Positions 48,668 to 56,802 of a stretch of 64,000 nucleotides of DNA are shown here, in pieces. The DNA is from Dehalococcoidia bacterium (lineage in GTDB: Bacteria; Chloroflexota; Dehalococcoidia; SHYM01), in the NCBI GenBank assembly GCA_009692805.1, contig SHYM01000001.1:2831-66830 (forward strand), in the 5' to 3' direction. The position numbers and the translations under genes are program-made. Positions within the stretch are counted from its first letter, which is position 1. Every line of letters begins with the position of its first letter. The notes below the pieces were generated by a model. That model did not search any database. It worked only from the letters and a program-made list of their open reading frames with translations, and was not told the origin of the DNA.

Positions 48668-48905
48668 CGACCATCCCCCTGGCCCCCTTCCTAGCCAGGA
48701 AGGGGGTAGTCTGAAAGGGAGAGAAGGGGGACACCCCCTTCGACCCCCGGCAGAGGGACATTCCCTCTGCACTCCGTCCCGCCGCAGGCGGGGCGGCAGG
48801 ATGCCCTTTTAGTGCAAAGCTGGTACACCCCATTCGCCCCCCGGCCCTTCGACCCGCCTGCGGCGGGCTCAGGGCAGGCTCCGGGACCCCTCTGCACTCC
48901 GTCCC
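48662..48905. repeat. MITE-like intergenic repeat, copy F plus an adjacent partial second copy (subtype 2 hairpin; inverted TTTTAGTGCAAAGC end)
   Basis: GACCATCGACCATCCCCC...CTAGCCAGGAAGGGGGTAG...GGGAGAGAAGGGGGACACCCCCTTCGACCCCCGGCAGAGGGACATTCCCTCTGCACTCC...TTTTAGTGCAAAGCTGG, then CCCTTCGACCC...CTCTGCACTCCGTCCC. Confidence 0.7.
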
Positions 48906-48940
48906 AAACCCCTTGTTACGCTGATTTACGACGGCAGATG

Positions 48941-49639
48941 CTAGCGCCTAATCTCTAGGCGCTTGAAGGACTCCGCCAGAGGCACCCGGAGCTTCTTGCC
49001 ATTCTCCTCGCAGCGCTCTCGCACCCACTTGGCTATGGTCTCCTCCGGCCGCTCCCCCATCTGGCTCTTGTGGGCCAGGAGGGACTGTACCTTGGTGGAG
49101 TAGCTCTCCGTCACGTCCACGAAGTGGTCGGGCTCGTCGGAGGCAAACAGCAGCACCTCGCCCACCTTCCAGGGTTTGAGGCCCTGGCGCTCGTGCTCGG
49201 GGTAGATGAGACGGTCGCGGGCGTAGGGGTAAACGGCGTCCAGGGTGACCCGCCCGGCCATCCGGTGGTCCCGATGCCAGATGCCATTGCGATAGGGGCT
49301 GGAGGTGATGACCGTCTCCGGCTGGAACTGGCGGACGCAACGGACGACCTCCCGGCGGAACTCATGGGTATCCTCCAGGCCGCCATCGGGGAAGCCCAGG
49401 CAGACCAGCTCCTTCACCCCCAGGATGCGGCAGGCCTCGCGCTCCTCCGCCTCGCGGATGCGGGCCAGCTCCGGGCTGGTCAGCGTCGGGTCCTCGGAGC
49501 CCTTGTCGCCGTTGGTGCACATCACATAGACGACCTCGGCGCCCTGGGCGGCCCAGCGGGCGACGGTGCCGGAGCACCCGAACTCGGCATCATCGGGGTG
49601 GGCGAAGACCACCAGGACGCGAGCAGGCACCTTCTCCAT
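48941..49639 (-). CDS. PIG-L/LmbE-family deacetylase, tandem paralog
   Basis: VFAHPDDAEFGCSGTVARWAAQGAEVVYVMCTNGDKGSEDP. Confidence 0.8.
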   Translation of the reverse strand: MEKVPARVLVVFAHPDDAEFGCSGTVARWAAQGAEVVYVMCTNGDKGSEDPTLTSPELARIREAEEREACRILGVKELVCLGFPDGGLEDTHEFRREVVRCVRQFQPETVITSSPYRNGIWHRDHRMAGRVTLDAVYPYARDRLIYPEHERQGLKPWKVGEVLLFASDEPDHFVDVTESYSTKVQSLLAHKSQMGERPEETIAKWVRERCEENGKKLRVPLAESFKRLEIRR

Positions 49640-49662
49640 AGCTCATCCTTCCTATGCGGGGC

Positions 49663-50943
49663 TTAAGCGGGACTCATTGGGGTCGAGGACATGGCTCTCG
49701 CCCTGGGGCCGGCCAGCGCCCGGTCATACAGCGCCAGGACATCCTGGGCAACCAGGGGCCAGGTGTAGCGTTCCATGGCGGCGCGGCCGGCGGCGCCTAG
49801 GCCCTGGGCTAAGGCCTCGTTGTCCAGCAAGACCTCCAGCCGTTCCGCGAAGGGCTCCGGGCACTGCCAGGGGATGAGGTAGCCCGTGACCCCGTCTCTA
49901 ACGGTAACCTGGAGGCCCCCCACCCGGGACGCGACCACCGGCGTGCCGCAGGCCATCGCCTCCACCGCCACCATCCCGAAGCTCTCGTAGAAGGAGGGGA
50001 TGACGCAGACGTCGGCGGCGTTGTAGTAGACCGGCAGCCGCTCGTGCTCCACCGCGCCCAGGAAATGGATGCTTTTCTGGATGCCCAGCTCCAGGGCCAG
50101 GGCCTCCAGCCGGCCCTGCTCGCTACCGCCCTCGGCATGGAGCTCATCGTCGGCGTAAGAATCGGCGCCGGCGATGAGGACGTGCAGGCGCGTCCGCTCC
50201 TCCAGGATGGGCAGCGCCCGCAACAGGATATCGATCCCTTTCAGGGGCTCGATGCGCCCCACAAAGAGGATGACCTTCTGGTCGTCCAGGCCCAGGGCAT
50301 GGCGGGCCTTCCGCTTGTCCAGGGGCTGGAACAGGACGGTGTCCACGCCGGCGGGGATGACGGCGATCTTCGCGGGAGACACGCCGTACAGACGCGCCAT
50401 GTACTCGCGGTCAATGGCAGCGAGGGTCAGGACCTGGTCGGCGCCGGCCATTACCTGGGCCTCAGCCCGAATGCGGTCCTGGGACTCCCGGGCGCCACGG
50501 AAGGAGTCGTTCTTGAGCAGGCCCAGGGTGTGAAAGCTGGCCACGTGGGGCACCCCCCAGCGGGCCTGCAGCTCCAGGCCCGCCAGCCCCGAGAGCCAGT
50601 AGTGGCTGTGGATAAGATCGTACTCCAGCCCCTGGGCACAGCTGTAGTCCAGCACCCCGCGCACAAAATTGGGCAAGCCGGCCAGGATCGCCTCCCGCGG
50701 GACCTCGCGCTCCTCGCCCGCGGTGATGTGGATGACGCGGGCCCCGTCGCCCAGGGACACCACCTCGGGGTCGGTGGGATCGTGGCGCCGGGAGTAGATA
50801 TCCACCTCCACCCCAGCCAGCCCCAGCTCGCGATAGAGCTCCCGGATGTAGAGGTTCATGCCGCCCCGGTATTTGCCGCCCAGCTGCACCATCGGGCAAC
50901 CATGGACACTCAGCACCGCGATGCGTAGGCGTCCCTTGCCCAT
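49663..50943 (-). CDS. GT4 retaining glycosyltransferase with MshA-type N-terminus
   Basis: RIAVLSVHGCPMVQLGGKYRGGMNLYI...HSHYWLSG...ESFGMVAVEAMACGTPVV. GAAGGGA RBS. Confidence 0.8.
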   Translation of the reverse strand: MGKGRLRIAVLSVHGCPMVQLGGKYRGGMNLYIRELYRELGLAGVEVDIYSRRHDPTDPEVVSLGDGARVIHITAGEEREVPREAILAGLPNFVRGVLDYSCAQGLEYDLIHSHYWLSGLAGLELQARWGVPHVASFHTLGLLKNDSFRGARESQDRIRAEAQVMAGADQVLTLAAIDREYMARLYGVSPAKIAVIPAGVDTVLFQPLDKRKARHALGLDDQKVILFVGRIEPLKGIDILLRALPILEERTRLHVLIAGADSYADDELHAEGGSEQGRLEALALELGIQKSIHFLGAVEHERLPVYYNAADVCVIPSFYESFGMVAVEAMACGTPVVASRVGGLQVTVRDGVTGYLIPWQCPEPFAERLEVLLDNEALAQGLGAAGRAAMERYTWPLVAQDVLALYDRALAGPRARAMSSTPMSPA

Positions 50944-50962
50944 GAGAAGTCCCTTCTAGCCC

Positions 50963-51940
50963 TCAGCGACGCACGGTACAGCGATAGATCGCGTGGTCGC
51001 GGCCGCCCAGGTCGTACTTGTAGGGCTCGTTGCCGCGCAGAAAATCATAGCGACGCAGCCCGCTCTCAATGGCGTCCCGGATAGTCAGGGCCTTGAGCGC
51101 CAGCCCGACGCTCAGATGGCTGTAAGCGCGGTCAAAGCCCGAGTTATACAGATAGCGGGTGCCCTGAAAGTCGAAGCAGAGGGCGGTGGCCACCGGCCGG
51201 CCCTGATGCTCCAGGAACCACAGCCGCGCCAGGCCCGCCTGCGCCATGGCCTGGACCACCTCGCGGAAGAACCGCGCCCGGGCTGGGGTTATGAACACCG
51301 CCTTGTCCGGCCGGCTCTCCCCCATCAGCGCGAGGAATTCGTCCAGGCGGGTCCCTGTCCCCTGGACATCGGTGACAGCATAGGCGCGGATATCAGCGGC
51401 CTCCAGGAGACGTCGCAGCTTGCGGCGCAGCTCGTGGCGGTCCTTCTTCTTCAGCCCTTCAAGATAGCCCTCCCAGGTGGCGGGCAGCTCCAGCCAGGGC
51501 GACACGGTGTCCAGGGCCACCTCCACCTCCCAGCCCTGCGCTTTGGCCAGGGGCACGAAGTGGGAGAGGGCGAGGGAGTCCTCCCGCACGGGCTCCAGCT
51601 GCAGCGTCTCCCAAGATAGGGATTGGAGCTGAGGCAGCAGGACCGCAAAAAAGGGGCCCTCGCGGCCCCTGACAGCGATGAAATCCAGGTAATCACACAG
51701 GTCGTTGCTGCCGACCAGGGAACATACGCCCGGGCGCAGGGCGAGGGGGGCCAGCCCGATGAGAGCGCCCTTGTCCTCCACCGTCAGGAGCGTCGCCGCG
51801 GCCCCTCCCCCCCACTCGCGCCACCAGGCGCTCTGCCATTGGGGGAGGAGGAAGGGGCTACCCTGGGCTGACTGGGCCAGCAGAAGTTGCCAGGGGCCGG
51901 CTAGCCGGTCTATGGGGGTCTGGGTCGCCGTCTCGGTCAT
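50963..51940 (-). CDS. FemAB/CelD-like GNAT-fold protein (Acetyltransf_6-like)
   Basis: LLPQWQSAWW...DYLDFIAV...FLALMGESRPDKAV... pattern of BioF2/CelD-like GNATs. The ATG is 7 nt after the folE stop, and the RBS sits within the folE 3' end. Confidence 0.6.
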   Translation of the reverse strand: MTETATQTPIDRLAGPWQLLLAQSAQGSPFLLPQWQSAWWREWGGGAAATLLTVEDKGALIGLAPLALRPGVCSLVGSNDLCDYLDFIAVRGREGPFFAVLLPQLQSLSWETLQLEPVREDSLALSHFVPLAKAQGWEVEVALDTVSPWLELPATWEGYLEGLKKKDRHELRRKLRRLLEAADIRAYAVTDVQGTGTRLDEFLALMGESRPDKAVFITPARARFFREVVQAMAQAGLARLWFLEHQGRPVATALCFDFQGTRYLYNSGFDRAYSHLSVGLALKALTIRDAIESGLRRYDFLRGNEPYKYDLGGRDHAIYRCTVRR

Positions 51941-51947
51941 CTGGGGT

Positions 51948-52517
51948 TCACTTCCCCTGCACCAGACTCAGCAGCTCCGCGCGGGTGAGAGGGCTTTCCC
52001 GGAAATCCCCTCGGGTGGCTGCGGTCACCACCCTGGTTCCGGGCTTGCTGACGCCGCGCATGGCCATGCAGAAATGCTCGGCGCTCATCACCACCGCCAC
52101 GCCGGCCGGCCGCAGCCCCTTCATCATGCAATCGGCGATCTGGGAAGTCAAGCGCTCCTGGAGTTGGGGGCGCCGGGCATAGCCATCCACGACGCGCGCT
52201 ATCTTGCTGACCCCCACGATGCGACCACTGGGGATATAACCCACGTGAGCGACGCCTTGGAACGGAAGCAGGTGATGCTCGCACATGGAGTAAAAAGGGA
52301 TGTCGCGCACCATCACCAGCTCTTGGCCGCCCTCTTCAAAGGCGCCCTGGAGCTGCGTCGCCGGGTCCTCGCCGAGGCCCTGAAAGAGCTCGGCGTACAT
52401 GTCGGCGATGCGCTGGGGCGTGGCCTGCAGGCCCTGGCGCTCCGCGTCCTCGCCGATGGCCTCCAGGATCTGCCGGACAGCCCGGCGCAGCTTCTCGTTA
52501 TCGAACTCGGATGTCAC
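51948..52517 (-). CDS. folE: GTP cyclohydrolase I
   Basis: ...[39 protein letters not shown] preceded by a GGAGGGGG RBS gives a 189-aa protein. The track ORF's N-terminal extension is low-complexity. Confidence 0.85.
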   Translation of the reverse strand: MTSEFDNEKLRRAVRQILEAIGEDAERQGLQATPQRIADMYAELFQGLGEDPATQLQGAFEEGGQELVMVRDIPFYSMCEHHLLPFQGVAHVGYIPSGRIVGVSKIARVVDGYARRPQLQERLTSQIADCMMKGLRPAGVAVVMSAEHFCMAMRGVSKPGTRVVTAATRGDFRESPLTRAELLSLVQGK

Positions 52518-52555
52518 TTGACCCCCTCCGGGCCGTACCAGGCACGCGCCCCGGT

Positions 52556-53629
52556 TCACTCCCCGGCCAATACCCGCTCGATGGCCGCCAGGTCCGCGTG
52601 CAGCTCCCGCAGCTGGCCGGCGCCCTTGAGGGCGGTGTCGGGGTCCTTCAGGCCCGATCCGGTGATGACGCACACCACCCGCTTGCCCTTCACTTGCAGA
52701 CCTTCCTGAACGAGCTTGATGAGGCCGGCGACGCCTGCCGCCGAGGCCGGCTCGCCGAAGACACCCTCCTGGCGGGCCAGCCGACGATAAGCCTCCAAGA
52801 TTTGGGCATCGCTGACCATATCTATGGCGCCGCCGGACTCATCCCGGGCAGCCGTGGCACCCTTCCAGCTCGCGGGATTGCCGATGCGGATGGCGGTGGC
52901 GACCGTCTCGGGCTCGGCGATGGGATGGCCGCGCACGATGGGGGCGGCGCCCTCGGCCTGGAAGCCCATCATCTTGGGCAGGCGCTGGGCGTAGCCCTGG
53001 TCGCGGTACTCCTTGAAACCCTTCCAATAGGCGGTGATGTTGCCGGCGTTGCCCACGGGTATGAACAGATAGTCCGGCGCCTCGCCCAGGGCATCCACGG
53101 TCTCGAAGGCGGCTGTCTTCTGGCCCTCGATGCGGTGGGGGTTCAGCGAGTTCACCAGGGTAATCTGGTGGCGTTGGGAGAGCTGGAGCACCATCGCCAG
53201 GGCCGCATCGAAGTTGCCCTGGACAACCAGCACGTCGGCCCCATACGCCAGGGCTTGCGCCAGCTTCCCCAGGGCGATATTGCCCTTGGGGACCAGGACG
53301 TAGGTACGCAGGCCGCTGCGCGCGCCGTAGGCGGCGGCCGAGGCGCTGGTGTTGCCCGTGGAGGCGCAGATCAGGGCCTGGCTGCCGGCCTCCAGGGCCT
53401 TGGCCACCGCCACCACCATCCCCCTGTCCTTGAACGAGCCAGTGGGGTTACAGCCTTCCAGTTTGAAGTAGAGCTCGCCTACCCCCAGCTGCCGTTCCAG
53501 CGTTTGGGAGCGGACCAGGGGGGTGGAGCCTTCGCCCAGGGAGAGCAGGGGCGTCGCCTCGGTGATGGGGAGGTGCTCCCGATAGCGGGCCAACACACCT
53601 GGATTTGCCTGTCTTTCCACGTCGCTCAT
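52556..53629 (-). CDS. thrC: threonine synthase
   Basis: PLP-lysine region [17 protein letters not shown], plus [11 protein letters not shown]. Confidence 0.85.
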   Translation of the reverse strand: MSDVERQANPGVLARYREHLPITEATPLLSLGEGSTPLVRSQTLERQLGVGELYFKLEGCNPTGSFKDRGMVVAVAKALEAGSQALICASTGNTSASAAAYGARSGLRTYVLVPKGNIALGKLAQALAYGADVLVVQGNFDAALAMVLQLSQRHQITLVNSLNPHRIEGQKTAAFETVDALGEAPDYLFIPVGNAGNITAYWKGFKEYRDQGYAQRLPKMMGFQAEGAAPIVRGHPIAEPETVATAIRIGNPASWKGATAARDESGGAIDMVSDAQILEAYRRLARQEGVFGEPASAAGVAGLIKLVQEGLQVKGKRVVCVITGSGLKDPDTALKGAGQLRELHADLAAIERVLAGE

Positions 53630-53683
53630 TATAACAGGCGCACCCTGGCCCCAGGTTGGCTTACGAGGCCGCTGTAGCCTGGC

Positions 53684-54739
53684 TCAAGGTGGCGCCATCA
53701 GAGGGTAGCGGTCGGCCCCGTTGGGCAGCACAGGATAGGGCGTGTCGCCGATCCCGTCGCCGTTGGCGTCCCTGCCGGCGTAGTCGCTCCAATAGTTTCC
53801 ATTGCTGCCGTCGTCCCAGCGGTTGTCGCGGCCGCTGTCGGAGGCGTTGCGGCCGTTGTTGGTGAAGCTGTTGCCGACGATGCGGTTCCCCTCGGACTCG
53901 GTGATCTCAATACCAGGACCGCCGTTCTTGGTGATGCGGTTGGCCCGGAGCGAATTACAGTTAGCGCCCTCGGTGAGGCTGACGCCGCCAGAGACCAGGT
54001 TGCTGAAGATGACGTTGTGCTGGGCAGCTGAAACGCTGATCCCGTCGGATCTGAACGAGGCAGTTCCCGTTACATCGGTGCCGACGTAGTTATGGGCCAC
54101 GAAGTTGAAGTCCGCGCCTGCGGTCACCCGAACTCCCCGTGGAACGGCCACGACGTTCCCTTCCTCTTTGGTGCTCCCTCCCACAAAATTGTGCTTCCCC
54201 TCTATAGTTACAGCCCCCGGCCCAAGTGCCCGAACACCGGCGGCATCAGTGCCGAGGAAATTACCGCTAACCACGTTTTCTGTCGCCCAGAAGTTAATGG
54301 ACGCATCCCCATTTATGACGTTCCTCTCCTTCGCCGTTGTTCCGCCTATTCTGTTGAATGGCTGATTTGTATACACCCCTGCACTGCCTAGGGCTACCGT
54401 CCCGCTGGCGTCCAGGCCGATGAAGTTGCCCACCACTTGGTTGTAGGAGATCCCCTCGTCGAAGATGAGGATCCCCGCACTCCTGCGCCCGACGATGACA
54501 TTGCCCTCTACTCGGTTACTGGGGGAGCCCCCCTCAATGGCCACCGTCCAGTAACCGGTGTTGGAGAGATTGATCTTGCCTGAGGCATCGGTGCCGATGT
54601 AGTTGCCCAGGATGACGTTGCTAGACTCAGCGCCAAATCCCAATGCAACGTGGACCTCTGTAAAGCGATTTCCGGCAATTACGTTTCGGTCGCTAGGAAC
54701 AGGCCCTCCCAAGATGTTGTTACCGGAGCGGATCATCAC
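53684..54739 (-). CDS. right-handed parallel beta-helix repeat protein (NosD/pectin-lyase-fold-like), no signal peptide
   Basis: Repeating GN..G/NV..GN..G motifs throughout. Confidence 0.6.
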   Translation of the reverse strand: MMIRSGNNILGGPVPSDRNVIAGNRFTEVHVALGFGAESSNVILGNYIGTDASGKINLSNTGYWTVAIEGGSPSNRVEGNVIVGRRSAGILIFDEGISYNQVVGNFIGLDASGTVALGSAGVYTNQPFNRIGGTTAKERNVINGDASINFWATENVVSGNFLGTDAAGVRALGPGAVTIEGKHNFVGGSTKEEGNVVAVPRGVRVTAGADFNFVAHNYVGTDVTGTASFRSDGISVSAAQHNVIFSNLVSGGVSLTEGANCNSLRANRITKNGGPGIEITESEGNRIVGNSFTNNGRNASDSGRDNRWDDGSNGNYWSDYAGRDANGDGIGDTPYPVLPNGADRYPLMAPP

Positions 54740-54802
54740 GCTCCCAACTTGGTCTCGGATAAACGCAACGCTAAGTACAGCCCCAATCTTAGCAGAGCGC
54801 TC

Positions 54803-55825
54803 TCAGCGGGCCTTGAGCCCGGTCACCAGGGCGGCCTCCGCCGGAGGCGGCAGCAAGCGGGAGCGGACCTGCTCAAAGCCACGCCCTTTTAGCCAGCCCT
54901 CCAGCTCGGCGGCGCTGTAAGCGCGGCCCTCCGCGCCGCTGAGCAGCATCTGAAGCGAAAAGAGCGCCGCCTGGGGCGGCCACGTCCCTTCCTCCTGGGC
55001 CAGCTCTTCATAGATGGCCAGCAGGCCACCCGAGGCCAGGGCGCGGTGGGCCTTGCCCAGCAAGCGGCGGCAGTCCCGCTCCCCCAGCGTGTGGAGCACC
55101 GACGAGAGGAGGACCACGTCGTAGCCGGAGCCCAGGGGCTCGCGTAAGGCGTCCCGCCCCAGGAAGCGCAGCCGCCGACGGACCGGCGACGCCGCCAGCT
55201 CGCGTCGGGCCTCCGCCAGCACCTGAGGCAGGTCCAGCAGCGTCGCCTTCAGGCCAGGGTTACGCAGCACCAGGAACTCGGCGTAGGTGCCGGGCCCGCA
55301 CCCGATGTCCAGGAGCGAGCGCCGCCCTCGCAGGTCAAGGGAAAGGGCCAGCTGCTCGCGGTCTCGGCGGGCCCGCTGGCCGTTCGCCCTGACATAGGCC
55401 AGCACCGTCTCCGTCGTGGCGGGGCCGCCGAGACCCTTCCCCTGCGGGTAGGAGCGCAGCGCATCAAGCAGGCCGCCCCACTGCGTCCACAGGTCATCGG
55501 CGACGGCGATGGCATCGCCCAGATACCGGGGGCTGGCTGGCAACAGGTCCTCCCGGGTGGCCTGGGTGTTCCAGTAGCGGCCCCCTCCCTTGTGCAGGAG
55601 GCCCGCGGCCGCGCAGGCGTCTAGCAAGCGCTGCGCCGCGGTAGGATGGAGGCCCGCCTTGCGCCCCAGGGTGGCGGCGGTCAGCCGCCGGCCGCCCAGG
55701 AGCCCGAAAAGGTTGAGCCGCCAGGCAACCATCAGCACGCGGGCCGGCTGCCATCCGTAAAGCAGCTCCAACACCGGGTCCTCGTCACGCCGGGACGCAG
55801 GGGCCATGTGGCAGCTCCCAACCAA
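54803..55825 (-). CDS. class I SAM-dependent O-methyltransferase (dimerisation domain + Methyltransf_2-like)
   Basis: LLDIGCGPGTYAEFLVLRNPGLKATLLDLPQVL, with an N-terminal winged-helix dimerisation region. Confidence 0.75.
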   Translation of the reverse strand: MVGSCHMAPASRRDEDPVLELLYGWQPARVLMVAWRLNLFGLLGGRRLTAATLGRKAGLHPTAAQRLLDACAAAGLLHKGGGRYWNTQATREDLLPASPRYLGDAIAVADDLWTQWGGLLDALRSYPQGKGLGGPATTETVLAYVRANGQRARRDREQLALSLDLRGRRSLLDIGCGPGTYAEFLVLRNPGLKATLLDLPQVLAEARRELAASPVRRRLRFLGRDALREPLGSGYDVVLLSSVLHTLGERDCRRLLGKAHRALASGGLLAIYEELAQEEGTWPPQAALFSLQMLLSGAEGRAYSAAELEGWLKGRGFEQVRSRLLPPPAEAALVTGLKAR

Positions 55826-55946
55826 CGCGCTTGCGAGGGTCGCAAAGGCTGTGCTATTCTAACCGTCGGCCCAGGCCGGTGGACCGTCTGCCGGAGCGGT
55901 ACTTACTGGGCGAGGCTATTGCCGCTCGCTATCAAGGAGGCTTGTC

Positions 55947-56735
55947 ATGGTCAAGCGTCCGCGCCGTGCTGAGGTACAAGGGATGGGCACCCAGCCCGTA
56001 TATCTGGTCAAGGCGCCTAAGTGGAAAGAGATAGAGGCGCTCAAGAAACAGCAGAAAGGCGCCACCGCCCAGGTTTATGTCTATCCGGAGTGGGGTTTCG
56101 GCAGCTTTGCGGTGGATGACTTGGTCCCCATCGTCGGCGAGGCCCTGGGCCAAAAGGCCCTGGAGCGCGGCGAGTACTTCGCCTACAACCTGGAGCGCCT
56201 GAGCTTCAAGAACCGCCGCCACGAGGTCAACGACCGGGCGATGCGCCTGGCGTGGGCCCGGGTGCGCGACCGCTCCCTCAACAACAAACCTATCCCGGGG
56301 CAGCACCTCGAAATGACGCCTTGGCTGGGCGAGGTGGACTACGAGAAGACCCGCCTGGGGGCGGACCTCCACCCTGACTTCGGTACCCTGGAAAACTACA
56401 AGGGCAAGCCTTCGGGCATCATGTACAACGCGGAAGTGCTCCAGGACATCTGCGGCAGCGTCCTTCCCGAAGAGGAGATCGAGGGCTTCCACCACGTCAT
56501 CATCACCAGCCAGATCCTGGGCGCCTGGAGCGAAGCCTCTAAGTCGTGGGAGGTGGTGCCTTTCCGAAAAGGCTCCATCGTAACCCTCGTCTCCGCCGTG
56601 GAACGGGAGCAGATTGGAGAGCACCCCGGGCCCCGTACCAGCGTGGTGGTGGACCCCGATAGCATCCGCCGCAGCATCACGTTCCTCGACAGAGAGCCCC
56701 TGAAAGCGCGGGTCCGCCAGGCGCTGGCGAAGTGA
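55947..56735 (+). CDS. hypothetical protein (262 aa)
   Basis: Strong AAGGAGG RBS. No recognisable motif. Divergent from the O-methyltransferase gene. Confidence 0.5.
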   Translation: MVKRPRRAEVQGMGTQPVYLVKAPKWKEIEALKKQQKGATAQVYVYPEWGFGSFAVDDLVPIVGEALGQKALERGEYFAYNLERLSFKNRRHEVNDRAMRLAWARVRDRSLNNKPIPGQHLEMTPWLGEVDYEKTRLGADLHPDFGTLENYKGKPSGIMYNAEVLQDICGSVLPEEEIEGFHHVIITSQILGAWSEASKSWEVVPFRKGSIVTLVSAVEREQIGEHPGPRTSVVVDPDSIRRSITFLDREPLKARVRQALAK

Positions 56736-56802
56736 ACTGCCGGGGGACTCTGAGGCGAGGGCGGGCGGCGGGCCCGCCCTCGCCTTTTGCAAGGCCAAAC
56801 CC

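Noticed and set aside
53684-54739. Beta-helix protein as a possible secreted pectin-lyase/NosD-type enzyme
   Set aside because: There is no signal peptide, lipobox or upstream in-frame extension. Export cannot be supported from the sequence, so it is annotated only as a cytoplasmic beta-helix repeat protein.
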